A stretch of DNA of 64,000 bases from Candidatus Sericytochromatia bacterium. Lineage in GTDB: Bacteria; Cyanobacteriota; Sericytochromatia; S15B-MN24; UBA4093. The stretch spans positions 138,832 to 202,831 of the forward strand of contig JAKFCT010000028.1 of NCBI GenBank assembly GCA_036676495.1. The letters are read 5' to 3'. The position numbers were made by a program, and so were the translations under genes. Below the pieces are notes generated by a model. It was not told where the DNA came from and made no database searches. It saw only the letters and a list, made by a program, of their open reading frames with translations. Shown here piece after piece: positions 48,258-58,115 of the stretch (the stretch's first letter is position 1; every line of letters begins with the position of its first letter).

Positions 48258-49516
48258 TGAGAGACTCCTGTCACACCCATCGCGCGCTGCAGATCGGCGA
48301 TGGCAAGGTGGTAGCTGGTTTGCGCGCGGACCCAATCGGCATGAGCCGTCGCGAGAAGGGATTGGGCATCGGCGACCTCGATGATCGAGCCGACCCCCGC
48401 CCGATAGCGCCCTTGCGCCTGAGCGAGGTTCGCGCGCGCCGCCTCCAGGGCGGCTTTGGCCGCGGGCACCCGCTCCTTCGAGCCCTCGAGGGCAAGATAG
48501 GCGTTGTCCACGTCACGCAAGACATCCAGGCGGCGCGACTCCAGGTTGGCCTTCACCGAGGCCTCCTGGCCCTCGGCCGCGCGAACCTGGCTGTTCACCG
48601 CCGGAGAGAACAACGGCCAGGTCATGGTCACGCCGGCCGACCAGTTCGGCGCCCCGACCGCATTCCGGGAGCGCAGTCCGTAGCTGGCATCCGCGCTCAA
48701 ATCGGGGTTGCCGGAAGCCTTGGCGGCCTGGCGCGACGCCGCCGCCTGCTCGACCTGGGCCTGGACCGTTCTCAAGGTGGGATGCTTGAGCGCCATGCCC
48801 TCGAGCTCGAGAAGCGAACGCCGCGCCAGCTCCGGCTCGGCCGGAAAATTCGGCTCCCCGGCGACCAGATCCGTCTGACCGATCGCCGCGCTCAGCGACC
48901 GACGCGCCTGGGCCGTCGTGGCCTTCGCCCCCGCGAGCGCCGCCTTGGCCTGCGCCAAGGTTGCCTGCGCCCGCGTCACGTCCAGCTGCGCGCTCAACCC
49001 CGCCTTGACCCGGGCCTGGGCCTCGCTCAAGGTCGTCTCGGCCACCCGAACCTGCTCGCCGGCCTGCGCCTGCAGGCCCGTGGCCTGCACCCAGTTCAGA
49101 TATGCCTGCCGCACACCATAGGCAACCTCGACGGCACGCAGGTCCGCCTGCGCGACGGCCGCCTCCGTCTGAGCCTCTGCCTGCTGGGTGGCGGCGCTAC
49201 GCTTTCCGAACGTCCAGAGCGACTGCCGCAGCGTGACGCTCGTGCTTCCGAGACTGAAGGGATCCGTCGAAAGCTGGCCCGGCGAGACGCTCGTCGTCTG
49301 AGACAAGCCCGCGTTGAGTCCCACCTGAGGCAAGTAACCGGAACGCGCGACCCCCTCGAACTCCTGCTGAGCCGAAGCGGCAGCCTTGGCGGCATGGAGC
49401 GTGGGGGACTGCGACAGGGCCCGCGCGACCAGATCCTCCATCGCCACCGGAGCGGCAAAAGCGGGAGCGGCCACGGACACCAGGAGCATGGCGAGTATGG
49501 GCAAGGGCGGTTTCAT
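48254..49516 (-). CDS. TolC family outer membrane protein
   Basis: Signal peptide; YLPQ, RYRAGVGS.IEV.DAQ. Confidence 0.9.
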   Translation of the reverse strand: MKPPLPILAMLLVSVAAPAFAAPVAMEDLVARALSQSPTLHAAKAAASAQQEFEGVARSGYLPQVGLNAGLSQTTSVSPGQLSTDPFSLGSTSVTLRQSLWTFGKRSAATQQAEAQTEAAVAQADLRAVEVAYGVRQAYLNWVQATGLQAQAGEQVRVAETTLSEAQARVKAGLSAQLDVTRAQATLAQAKAALAGAKATTAQARRSLSAAIGQTDLVAGEPNFPAEPELARRSLLELEGMALKHPTLRTVQAQVEQAAASRQAAKASGNPDLSADASYGLRSRNAVGAPNWSAGVTMTWPLFSPAVNSQVRAAEGQEASVKANLESRRLDVLRDVDNAYLALEGSKERVPAAKAALEAARANLAQAQGRYRAGVGSIIEVADAQSLLATAHADWVRAQTSYHLAIADLQRAMGVTGVSQ

Positions 49517-49648
49517 GAAACTACCTTTCTAGGCGCAGGAGCAGCTGCCCCAGACATGATTACCGACGTAGCGGGCAAAAAGTTTCAACCTTGGCCCAGC
49601 GATTTCCACGCCGCTCATGAGGTTCCCCGGCGAACGCGCCTTTGCGCC

Positions 49649-49783
49649 CGCGGCTGTTTCGAAGCGCCAGCGGCTTTTGCAGTAAAGCGTAGCTGACCTG
49701 TAGAAACGATAGGCTTAGAATCGCGGCTGTTTCGAAGCGCCAGCGGCTTTTGCAGTAAAGCGTCGCTGACCTGTAGAAACGAT
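49649..49783 (+). repeat. 62-bp direct repeat x2 (period 73, one mismatch); hairpin element family
   Basis: CGCGGCTGTTTCGAAGCGCCAGCGGCTTTTGCAGTAAAGCGT(A/C)GCTGACCTGTAGAAACGAT at 49649 and 49722. Confidence 0.9.
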
Positions 49784-49883
49784 CGGAAACCAGCATGATA
49801 GCAGAAGGCCGGGTGCCCCTGGTCAGGGACATCCGGCCTCCGGCGCGATACGCGGAAACGCCACGTTATACGATGCGCTCGAC

Positions 49884-51260
49884 CTATCCTCGTTCGGGAA
49901 GCACCCACCGCTTGAGGCGCTCACCCCAGTTCCGGGCGGGCAGCGGCCGCTCGTAGTCGCGGGGCCCCGGCTCAGCCGGAATGCTGGTCTTCCAATCGGC
50001 CTCGAAGATGGCCGCGTCGAGGCGCGCCACCTGCGACGCATCATCGACGCCGATACCGACTTCGCGGGAGAAAGCCCAGGCCTGGTTGTCCATGTTCTGG
50101 GAGCCCACGTAGGCCCATTGCCCATCCACCGAGAGGTACTTGGTATGGGAATCCGCGGGGGTCTTGCCGTCCTCGGCGAACCAGCGCAAATCGACGTTCC
50201 GCCGCGCCTCCTCGGGAAGCTGGGCCCAGAAGCGCAAGACGGCCTCGTTCGAGGAGCGATCGATGACCGGGCCGATGGCCTTGAAATTCTGAGGCAGCAG
50301 GATCTGGACCTTCACCCCGCGCGCGGCGGCCGCCTCGATGCCGTCCCAGACCCGGATATCGTTGAGGTTGGGGGACATGACCCGCATGGAATGCTTGGCC
50401 GCGCCCATGGCGGCGATCAGGCCCTGGTCGGCGTCGTTGCCGGTGTAGTCTCCCCGCCAGGCGATCCCTTCCTTGGTCAGCATGGTGATCGGCACCTGCG
50501 GCTGGGTCGAGGGAAGCTCCGGTCCCCGGCGGTGCGTCGGCGGCTTTGAAGTGCCGTTCAGCCAGCGCTTGGAGCTGGCCCAGGCCTGATCGAAGTCGCT
50601 GAGCATGGCCTCGACCACGGGCCCGCGCAAGCGCACCATCACGTCACGCTCCGTCGGGTTGTCGATGTTGTCCCCGCCGATGATGGCCTCCCGGCCGTCC
50701 ACCACGAACATCTTGGTATGGTTGGACTTCCGGGTCGCCGGCCCCGCGTAATACGCCACCTGGGCCTCGACACCGGCTTCCTTCAAGGCTTTCTCCAGCG
50801 TCTTGCCGACAGGAATGAGGTCCCGGTTGAACGCGATGTAGACCTTGAAGTCGGGATTGCTTTGCTGCTTCTTCGCCAGGGCTTCGAGCAAGCGCTGGGC
50901 GGCGTCCGTCTGAGGCTTGAAGTAGAAGGTCTGGATGCTGAGCTCGTACTGGGCCGACTCCAGCAGCGCGATCACCTGGGTCACGGCCTCGTCCTCGGCA
51001 TCCGTATCGTTGATCCAGATCTCCTCGATGGAGCCCTGGGTGAAGACGCGCGCGCGATCCACCGTGCCGTTGCCGGTCTCGAAAACCGCGCGGTTGACGG
51101 CGGTCCCCACGTCCGATCGCCCCGTCGGGTACGTCCGAACCCGGGTATCCGCCCCGAGCAGGCCTTCGACGCTCGCACGCGTTCCGGCCGCCCGGGCCGC
51201 AAGCGGGACGCTCGGAGTCGTACGAACGCGGGATTCGCGGGAAATGCTCAAGTCTGCCAT
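49884..51260 (-). CDS. Phospholipase D family protein
   Basis: Two HKD motifs: HTKMFVVD...GGDN and HTKYLSVD...GSQN; no TM or signal peptide. Confidence 0.88.
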   Translation of the reverse strand: MADLSISRESRVRTTPSVPLAARAAGTRASVEGLLGADTRVRTYPTGRSDVGTAVNRAVFETGNGTVDRARVFTQGSIEEIWINDTDAEDEAVTQVIALLESAQYELSIQTFYFKPQTDAAQRLLEALAKKQQSNPDFKVYIAFNRDLIPVGKTLEKALKEAGVEAQVAYYAGPATRKSNHTKMFVVDGREAIIGGDNIDNPTERDVMVRLRGPVVEAMLSDFDQAWASSKRWLNGTSKPPTHRRGPELPSTQPQVPITMLTKEGIAWRGDYTGNDADQGLIAAMGAAKHSMRVMSPNLNDIRVWDGIEAAAARGVKVQILLPQNFKAIGPVIDRSSNEAVLRFWAQLPEEARRNVDLRWFAEDGKTPADSHTKYLSVDGQWAYVGSQNMDNQAWAFSREVGIGVDDASQVARLDAAIFEADWKTSIPAEPGPRDYERPLPARNWGERLKRWVLPERG

Positions 51261-51489
51261 GGCCGGTGAAACCTCCTCGGGGCCGCCCCCATGTCTTCAT
51301 CGGGGCGATCGCCCCGGATCTTTCCTCGATCGGCGTTTTCAGCCCCTCGGAGCGAATCGGCTTTTGCTCGTGTTATGATCCGGGCTACTCGGGCTTTGCA
51401 CCTGTCCCGCTTCCAATCCCCCGGCAATTCCCGCGGATTGCCCACCGTTTCGAATCGCGAGATTACTCGCCTAGACAGATCGAGGACCT

Positions 51490-51801
51490 ATGAACTCCGT
51501 CTCCAACTCACCCTCTCCCGTCCTGCGCTGGTTCCATGCCATCGCCGTCGCCGAAGGCTACAGCTACCTCTTGCTGCTCTTCATCGCGATGCCCCTCAAG
51601 TACATGGCCGGCATGCCCCTGGCCGTGAAAATCGCCGGCTCGCTGCACGGCGGCCTCTTCATCGCGTACGTGGTCGGGGCCGTCTTCCTCTTCACCCACG
51701 CGAAGTGGCCCCTGGACCGGATCCCCGGCCTCTTCTACGCCGCCGTCCTGCCCTTCGGCACCTTCGTGCTCGAGCGGAAGTGGCTGCGCGAGCGCGCCTG
51801 A
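51490..51801 (+). CDS. DUF3817 membrane protein
   Basis: AEG.SYLLLLFIAMPLKY, HG.LFI.Y, LPFG.F. Confidence 0.88.
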   Translation: MNSVSNSPSPVLRWFHAIAVAEGYSYLLLLFIAMPLKYMAGMPLAVKIAGSLHGGLFIAYVVGAVFLFTHAKWPLDRIPGLFYAAVLPFGTFVLERKWLRERA

Positions 51802-51882
51802 GCCGAATCGCGCCCACCCGGAATCCACTCCCCGAATCCCGGGGTTTTCTTGCCCGAGCCCGGCAATCTCTCGTTATTGCCG

Positions 51883-51888
51883 TATAAT
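51883..51888 (+). promoter_or_regulatory. Sigma70 -10 box, probable leaderless start
   Basis: TATAAT six nt before ATG 51895, with no SD. Confidence 0.6.
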
Positions 51889-51894
51889 AAGCGT

Positions 51895-52314
51895 ATGGCA
51901 GCCCCGTTTTTCGTGACCCGCGACTCCTCGAGAGGCCCGGTGCCGACTGGCATCGAGCCTCGCTGGATCCGTGCGCTCCTGGCGCTGGCCGTCACGATGC
52001 TGCTCTCGGTGCTGCCGTTCAAGGCCCCCTCCGTGAGTCCGCTCGTCCCCACGACTCCCCTCGGGGAGACCGAACACGTCGCGGACGCCGCCTCCATGGA
52101 GCGCGCGGAGCTCTCTTCGGCTCCCGCCATCCTCAAGGTCGCCAAGAACTCCAACCGCAAGTCCTGGGGGGGCGACCTGCACCTGGCCGCCGGAAAGGCC
52201 TCTCCTTCCGAGCGCAAGACCCCGGCGGATCTACGCCGCCCGGACCTGCGCGACGGGCGTATCGCCCGCTCCCCTCCTCGTCTCCGGTTACGCGATCCGC
52301 CTCATCACGCCTAG
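51895..52314 (+). CDS. Small exported or membrane protein, candidate arrest peptide
   Basis: Hydrophobic segment WIRALLALAVTMLLSVLPF; C-terminus ARSPPRLRLRDPPHHA. Confidence 0.55.
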   Translation: MAAPFFVTRDSSRGPVPTGIEPRWIRALLALAVTMLLSVLPFKAPSVSPLVPTTPLGETEHVADAASMERAELSSAPAILKVAKNSNRKSWGGDLHLAAGKASPSERKTPADLRRPDLRDGRIARSPPRLRLRDPPHHA

Positions 52315-52399
52315 CCACGCGTGACATCCGCCCTTCCGGCGGGGGTCGGGCGAGGCTTTGGCCTAGGCGTGACTAAAGTAACCATAGACGAGGATTGAG

Positions 52400-53881
52400 A
52401 TGCCACCAATCGAGCAGATTCTCCTGGGAGTCGCCCTCCTCCTCCTCCTCAGCATCGTCGCGAGCAAAGCGTCCGGACGGCTGGGAGTTCCCGCGCTGGT
52501 GATCTTCATGATCATCGGCATGCTCTCGGGTTCCGAAGGACCCGGCAAGATTTACTTCGACAACTTCGCCCAAGCCCAGTCGCTCGGGGTGCTGGCCCTG
52601 GCCCTGATCCTCTTCGCCGGCGGCCTCGACACCCAGTGGAAGGAAGTCCGCCCCGTGTTGGGCCAGTCCCTCATCCTCTCCACCCTGGGAGTGCTGATGA
52701 CGGCAGGCTTGGTCGGGTGGTTCGCGTCCACCGCGCTCGGCATCTCGCTGCTCGAAGGCCTCTTGCTCGGCTCCATCGTCTCCTCGACCGATGCCGCCGC
52801 CGTCTTCTCCGTCATGCGATCGCGCAGCGTCTCGCTCAAAGGCAACCTGAAACCGCTGCTCGAACTGGAATCCGGCAGCAACGACCCCATGGCCGTCTTC
52901 CTCACGGTCGGCATCATCGGGCTCCTGAGCAAGCCAGGCGGCACGATGCTCGATCTGATCCCCGCCTTCTTCATGCAGATGTCCATCGGCGCCGTTGCCG
53001 GCTACCTGCTCGGCCGCCTGGCCATCCTCCTCATCAACAAGATCAACCTGGAATACGAGGGCCTGTATCCGGTCCTCACCTTGGCCTACGTCCTCTTCGG
53101 CTATGCCGCGACCACGCTCATCGGAGGCAACGGCTTCCTCGCCGTCTACATCGTCGGCCTCGTCATGGCCAACTATGCCTTCATCCACAAGCGCAGCATC
53201 GTGCGCTTCCACGACGGGCTCGCCTGGCTGATGCAGATCGCCATGTTCGTGGCGCTCGGCCTGCTGGTTTTCCCGTCCCAGCTCCTCCCCGTCCTGGGCG
53301 CGGGCCTGATGGTCTCCGTCTTCCTGATGTTCGTCGCCCGCCCCGTCAGCGTCTTCGTCCTTTCGCATTTCACCAAGATGACCGTCCCCGAGAAGGCCAT
53401 GGTCTCCTGGGTGGGACTGCGGGGCTCGGTGCCCATCATCCTGGCCACCTTCCCCCTGCTCGCGGGCATCCCGAACGCCCACACGATCTTCAACCTCGTC
53501 TTCTTCATCGTCATGACCTCCGTGATCCTGCAAGGGACGAGCATCCCCATCGTCTCGAAGTGGCTCGGCGTCTACAAACCCCTCGAGGAAAAAGTCGCCT
53601 ACCCCCTGGAATTCAACCCCATGGGCGATCTCAAGAGCGACCTGGTGGAGATTGCCGTTGCCCCCACCTCGATGGCCGTCGGAAAGCCGATCGTGGCGCT
53701 GGGGATCCCCGCCGGAGCCCTGATCGTGATGCTGCGGCGGAACCAGGACTTCATCGTGCCCAATGGCGCCACGGTACTCCAGGCCGGTGACACCATGCTG
53801 ATGCTCGCTCAGAAGGAGGACCTTCCCGAGGTCGAGCGCATCGTGGCCCCCCCGCTCGTCGCGGAAGGCAGAAGCGCCTAG
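52400..53881 (+). CDS. cvrA: K+/H+ antiporter with TrkA_C domain (CvrA/NhaP2)
   Basis: SSTDAAAVFS, ELESGSNDPMA, WVGLRGSVPIILA; C-terminal RCK_C domain. Confidence 0.92.
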   Translation: MPPIEQILLGVALLLLLSIVASKASGRLGVPALVIFMIIGMLSGSEGPGKIYFDNFAQAQSLGVLALALILFAGGLDTQWKEVRPVLGQSLILSTLGVLMTAGLVGWFASTALGISLLEGLLLGSIVSSTDAAAVFSVMRSRSVSLKGNLKPLLELESGSNDPMAVFLTVGIIGLLSKPGGTMLDLIPAFFMQMSIGAVAGYLLGRLAILLINKINLEYEGLYPVLTLAYVLFGYAATTLIGGNGFLAVYIVGLVMANYAFIHKRSIVRFHDGLAWLMQIAMFVALGLLVFPSQLLPVLGAGLMVSVFLMFVARPVSVFVLSHFTKMTVPEKAMVSWVGLRGSVPIILATFPLLAGIPNAHTIFNLVFFIVMTSVILQGTSIPIVSKWLGVYKPLEEKVAYPLEFNPMGDLKSDLVEIAVAPTSMAVGKPIVALGIPAGALIVMLRRNQDFIVPNGATVLQAGDTMLMLAQKEDLPEVERIVAPPLVAEGRSA

Positions 53882-53998
53882 CGCCTGCGGCACGGTTCAG
53901 CGCCGGCGCGAGGTTCCTCAATGCAAGCGTTAGCCCCCCGAACCTTTGGGTTCGGGGGGCTACGTTTCGAGGGCTGGCTCAATCCGGAGGGCGATCGC

Positions 53999-54829
53999 CT
54001 ACCAGACGTTGAAGCTCGGGCCGTTCGACGAGACGAGGAACTTGCCCACGGCCTGGACGAACTCCGGGCGGTCGACGAAGGGGTTGCGGTTGCCCTGGTG
54101 GCGGTAGACGGCCTCGTTGCGGGCGCGGTCTTCCGCCGTGACGGGATCCTGCACGTGCCACTTCTTGAGGGTCTCTTCCTCGTGACGGAAGTTCGCCAAG
54201 TCGGCCTGGCGCCCGTAGACGGTGTAGAAATACAGGATGGCACGGGCCGTGTTGCCCTTCTGATCGTCGCGCGGCTCGAAGACGGTGACTCCCTGCGCAT
54301 CCGTGCCGAACTTGCTGCCGCCCTCGGTCCACTCGACCTTCACCACCTCGCCGAAGGGGAAGGAGCTGCGCCGGGAGTTGGCGGCGCAATCGGTGGGGAA
54401 GAGGTGGTGCAGGTCGGACTTGGCGGCGCCGACGGCACCCTTGCTCTGGGGCCAGGTGTGCTCGGCGTTGAAGCCGTCTCCATTGCGGTACGCGGTGCGG
54501 CGGTCATTGACGTTGTGGAGGGCGCGGTCGGTGTAGTCGCACTCGACGATGTCGTTATCGTCGAGATCGTCCACCTCGGCGAACATGACGTCGCGGGCGC
54601 GGTCGTAGCCCAGCTCCTTGTGACGGGAGACGATGGCGGCGAGGGTGCTCAGGAGGACCTGACCCTGCTGCCCCTCGGCGCTCCGGTAGTAATCCGCCGG
54701 TGCCTGACGCACCGTGAACGCGGTACCCACCTTCCCCTGGGCCGTAGGCTGCATCCCCGGCAAGGTGCCGCAAGCAGAGAGCGAGGACGCGAGAAGGGCG
54801 GATGCGACGACGAGCACGAACGGTTTCAA
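53999..54829 (-). CDS. Endonuclease I family extracellular nuclease, lipoprotein
   Basis: LSAC lipobox; N.EHTWPQS, DLHHLFP, N..RS, KGN.ARA, QGNRNPFVD. Confidence 0.9.
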   Translation of the reverse strand: MKPFVLVVASALLASSLSACGTLPGMQPTAQGKVGTAFTVRQAPADYYRSAEGQQGQVLLSTLAAIVSRHKELGYDRARDVMFAEVDDLDDNDIVECDYTDRALHNVNDRRTAYRNGDGFNAEHTWPQSKGAVGAAKSDLHHLFPTDCAANSRRSSFPFGEVVKVEWTEGGSKFGTDAQGVTVFEPRDDQKGNTARAILYFYTVYGRQADLANFRHEEETLKKWHVQDPVTAEDRARNEAVYRHQGNRNPFVDRPEFVQAVGKFLVSSNGPSFNVW

Positions 54830-55013
54830 GGGAGCCTCCTGTCGGTTTCACGTGCAACTTTAAGGGAAGTTTAACACAGACTCACCGCTGCTTGAAAGCC
54901 CCAATTTCAGAAAATACCTGAATTAGGGCTTTTCTACGGAACGCCCATCCCCCGACTCCGGAACTCGAGGTTATTCTCAGGTTAAATGGTTAAGCCCTTC
55001 CCCTCGCCGCCCG

Positions 55014-55577
55014 CTAGGGGAGCACGGGCTTCTCTTCGCGCGCCAGGAAGCTCCCCAGGCCGATCAGGGCCAGCCCCAGCAGGAAGAACGCGACGTCGTA
55101 CGCCAGGAAGCCGGGGACCTCGCGAATGTGATGAAGCCCGAGCAAGGCATGGAAGGCGATGCTGTCGACCACGGTGAAGGCCCCCCAGCCCAGGAGGGCC
55201 CAGCCGATCAGGCGCGGGGTGGAAAGCGGCACGCGCGCGTCTCGCTTCATGCCTCTCCAGAGCAGCGACAGGCCCCCCATGCTCACGAGCCACATGGAGC
55301 CGTTGAAGATCCCGTCGGCCAGGGTGTTGATCTCGAGTGCCCTCAAGCTGTCGACTGGAAGGCGCGAGGAGATCATGTGGTGCCACTGGAGAACCTGATG
55401 GAGCACGATGCCGTCGATCAGGCCGCCCATCCCGAAGCCGAGCACGACGCCGCCCCCCTTCAAGGCCCGCCGCGCCGGAGCCGTCTCCCGCCAGACGATC
55501 ACGCTCATTCGCCCCGCGCGGGCGCCCTCCTCCAGGCCCGCCGCCCCCTCGCCGAGAGGCTTGCCCGATCGCGCCAT
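55014..55577 (-). CDS. DUF2243 membrane protein
   Basis: G.IDGIVLHQVLQWHHM, ADGIF, H.LLGLHHIR; GGAGGAGG RBS. Confidence 0.85.
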   Translation of the reverse strand: MARSGKPLGEGAAGLEEGARAGRMSVIVWRETAPARRALKGGGVVLGFGMGGLIDGIVLHQVLQWHHMISSRLPVDSLRALEINTLADGIFNGSMWLVSMGGLSLLWRGMKRDARVPLSTPRLIGWALLGWGAFTVVDSIAFHALLGLHHIREVPGFLAYDVAFFLLGLALIGLGSFLAREEKPVLP

Positions 55578-55689
55578 GACCGCCTCCTCCCTGACATGTA
55601 CTTCCGAGCGCCCCCCATGGTAGAGTCGGTTCACATTTGGTAACACGTCTGGCTTGCCCAAGCGCGAGGACCCGACCTTGCCGATTCCG

Positions 55690-56046
55690 ATGCTCCTAAG
55701 CGGGGGGCTGGCGGTCCTGCTGATCGTCGGAGCCCCTCCCAGCGCCCATGCCCACGCGCGCCTGCTCGAATCGCAGCCGGCCGACGGATCCGTCCTGACA
55801 CAGCCTCCGCCCCAGTGCCGCCTCGTCTTCAATAGCCTCGTCGAGCAGCGGTTCGGGCGCTTCACCCTGACGCTTCCCCACGGCAAGACGCTCTCCCTGA
55901 AGGCCGCCCCCCGGAAGGCGCGGGAAAACCGCGCGATCACCGTGCCCCTGCCCCCGCTCTCCGCCGGTCGCTACCGGCTCCACTGGAGCGTGGTGGCCCG
56001 CGACAGCCACCGCGTTGAGGGCGAGCTCGACTTCACCGTCCGGTAG
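55690..56046 (+). CDS. copC: Copper-binding protein CopC
   Basis: Signal ending AHA then H; S.PADG; W..V..D.H...G...F.V. Confidence 0.88.
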   Translation: MLLSGGLAVLLIVGAPPSAHAHARLLESQPADGSVLTQPPPQCRLVFNSLVEQRFGRFTLTLPHGKTLSLKAAPRKARENRAITVPLPPLSAGRYRLHWSVVARDSHRVEGELDFTVR

Positions 56047-56051
56047 CGCAG

Positions 56052-56927
56052 ATGCCCGCTCCCTACGAGCACCTCTTCGACGGCATGCTCAGCCACACCT
56101 TGACCTTCCTCGGCTTCGCCCTGATGACCGGTCATGCGTCCTGGCGCCTCTTCGTCTCCCGCCAAGCCCCCGTCGAGGCCCGCGAAACCCCAAGCTTCCT
56201 CGCAGGAGCGGCGATGGCGATCGCCGGAGCTCTCATCAACCTTCGGCAAGCCACCCTTTCCATGACCGGCCAGCTCACGCCCGCCAGTGTGGCCAGCGTT
56301 CTCACCGAGACCCTCTTCGGCCAAAGCTGGAAGCTTCATGCCGCGGGCCTGCTGCTCACCCTCAGCCTCGGCGCCTGGCTCTGGCGACGACAAAAGACCC
56401 CCCAGGGAGCCGTGCTCTGGCTCCCCGCCGCCGCTGCCCTCCTGGGCCAGAGCCTGGTGGGGCATGCCTCGGCGGAAGGCTGGTCATGGCCGCTCTACGC
56501 CTACGCCGCCCACGTGACGGGCGGCGTGGCCTGGCTGGGAGGGTTGTTCGCTTGGCTCGGACGCCTATCCCAGGGCTATCCGGTCGCCATGGTGAAGGTC
56601 TTTCAGCCGTTCAGCCGCTTTGCCCGAGCCTGCATGCTCCTCCTCTTGCCGGCAGGCCTCATGCTGAGCAGCTACTTCATCCCCCGGCCTGCCGCGTTCG
56701 GCAGCCCCTACGGAGCGCTACTCGGCCTCAAGCTGCTGCTGGTCGCGGGCGTCCTGCTGACGGCCCTGGGGCATCACCTCTGGCGCCTCCCCCGGATCCG
56801 CTCGGCCTCCCATTCGCCGGAAGGCTGGAAGCGCCTGGAGGGCAGCTTGATGCTCGAGGTCGGGCTAGGCATCCTGGTCGTTCTGGTCGCCGCCGCGCTC
56901 TCACAGGTTCCCCCGCCGGAAGGCTAA
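56052..56927 (+). CDS. copD: CopD family membrane protein
   Basis: T.FG..W, GHA, H....W.GGL, FSR.A, YG..L..K; follows copC. Confidence 0.85.
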   Translation: MPAPYEHLFDGMLSHTLTFLGFALMTGHASWRLFVSRQAPVEARETPSFLAGAAMAIAGALINLRQATLSMTGQLTPASVASVLTETLFGQSWKLHAAGLLLTLSLGAWLWRRQKTPQGAVLWLPAAAALLGQSLVGHASAEGWSWPLYAYAAHVTGGVAWLGGLFAWLGRLSQGYPVAMVKVFQPFSRFARACMLLLLPAGLMLSSYFIPRPAAFGSPYGALLGLKLLLVAGVLLTALGHHLWRLPRIRSASHSPEGWKRLEGSLMLEVGLGILVVLVAAALSQVPPPEG

Positions 56928-56936
56928 TCGGACTGC

Positions 56937-58115
56937 CTACTCCGTGAGCAAGGCGACCCAGAAGCGGATGCCCCGCTCCAGGAGGGCATCGGGGAAGTCG
57001 TAGGCGGCGCTATGCAGCACGGGCTGGTCGCTTCCCGCTCCCAGGCCGATCAGGGCCGCCGGCCAGCGAGAGGCCGCATGGCCGAAATCCTCGGACCACG
57101 GGAAGGGCCGCTCCAGACGGAGCACGGGAAGGCCCGCGGCGGCGGCGGCACGCTCGGCGGCTTCGAGGGCGTCGGGGTGGTTGACGGTCGCCGGGAACGG
57201 GTCCACCAGCGCGATCTCCCCGGTCAGCCCCGCGACCCTGGCGCGGTGCTCCACCTGCTGGCGCAGGTCATGCAGCATGGCCTCCAGGTCCTCCTGCGCG
57301 TCCGCGCGAAGCGTGATGCCGAGGCTGCCGGCGTCCGGGCTGGTCCCGTAGGCTTCCTGGCCGGCATGCAGGTAGACCAGGGTCGCCAGCCCCGCGCTCC
57401 CGTACGGGAGGCAGCGGCCCGGAGCGCCCTGGATGACGGCGACCAGATCGGCCAGCACGGGGATGGGGTTGCGGCCCCGGTAGGGCTCGCTGGCGTGGCT
57501 GCTGGTACCGCGCAGGGTGATGCGCACGCCGGTGCTGGCCGCCGCGGCGTTGCGGGGCGTCAGGACCACGGTCCCGAGCGGATAGCCGGGCAGGTTGTGA
57601 ATCGCAAAAGCCCGCGTCACCGGGAAGTCCGTCAGCGCGGCATGCTCCAGGCAAGCCGCCATCCCCGTCCCGGTCTCCTCGGCCGGCTGGAACAGGAAGT
57701 AGGCCGTTCCGCACAAGCGGGCCCGCTGGGCGTGAAGCAGGGCGATCGTCCCCGCCAGCATGGTCGCATGGCCGTCATGCCCGCAGGCATGATGGCGGCC
57801 CGGCTCCACCGAGGCCGCCCCGACCCCCGACTCCTCGAAAAGCGGCAAGGCGTCGAGATCGGCGCGTAACAGCGTCGTAGGCCCTTCCCCGTCTCCGTCG
57901 AGCCGGTAGAGGAGCCCATGGCCGCCGACCCGCTCCGCGCATGGCGCGAGCCCGCGGGCGCCCAGGAAATCCCGAATCCGCGCCGCCGTGGGGCCTTCTT
58001 CCCCGGAGAGATCCGGGTGCCGGTGCAAGGACGCGCGAAGCTCCTGAAGCTCCGGCAGCAACGCCTCCAGCGCGCCGTCGAAGGCGACGAGGGGACGGGT
58101 CGGGGAAGGGGTCAT
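56937..58115 (-). CDS. M20D family amidohydrolase
   Basis: LH.HPDLS.EE, RADLDALP, HACGHDGH, FQPAEE, SEDF, LH...YDF. Confidence 0.92.
   Translation of the reverse strand: MTPSPTRPLVAFDGALEALLPELQELRASLHRHPDLSGEEGPTAARIRDFLGARGLAPCAERVGGHGLLYRLDGDGEGPTTLLRADLDALPLFEESGVGAASVEPGRHHACGHDGHATMLAGTIALLHAQRARLCGTAYFLFQPAEETGTGMAACLEHAALTDFPVTRAFAIHNLPGYPLGTVVLTPRNAAAASTGVRITLRGTSSHASEPYRGRNPIPVLADLVAVIQGAPGRCLPYGSAGLATLVYLHAGQEAYGTSPDAGSLGITLRADAQEDLEAMLHDLRQQVEHRARVAGLTGEIALVDPFPATVNHPDALEAAERAAAAAGLPVLRLERPFPWSEDFGHAASRWPAALIGLGAGSDQPVLHSAAYDFPDALLERGIRFWVALLTE

Noticed and set aside
49649-49783. CRISPR array
   Set aside because: Only two 62-bp units with an 11-bp spacer and no cas genes.
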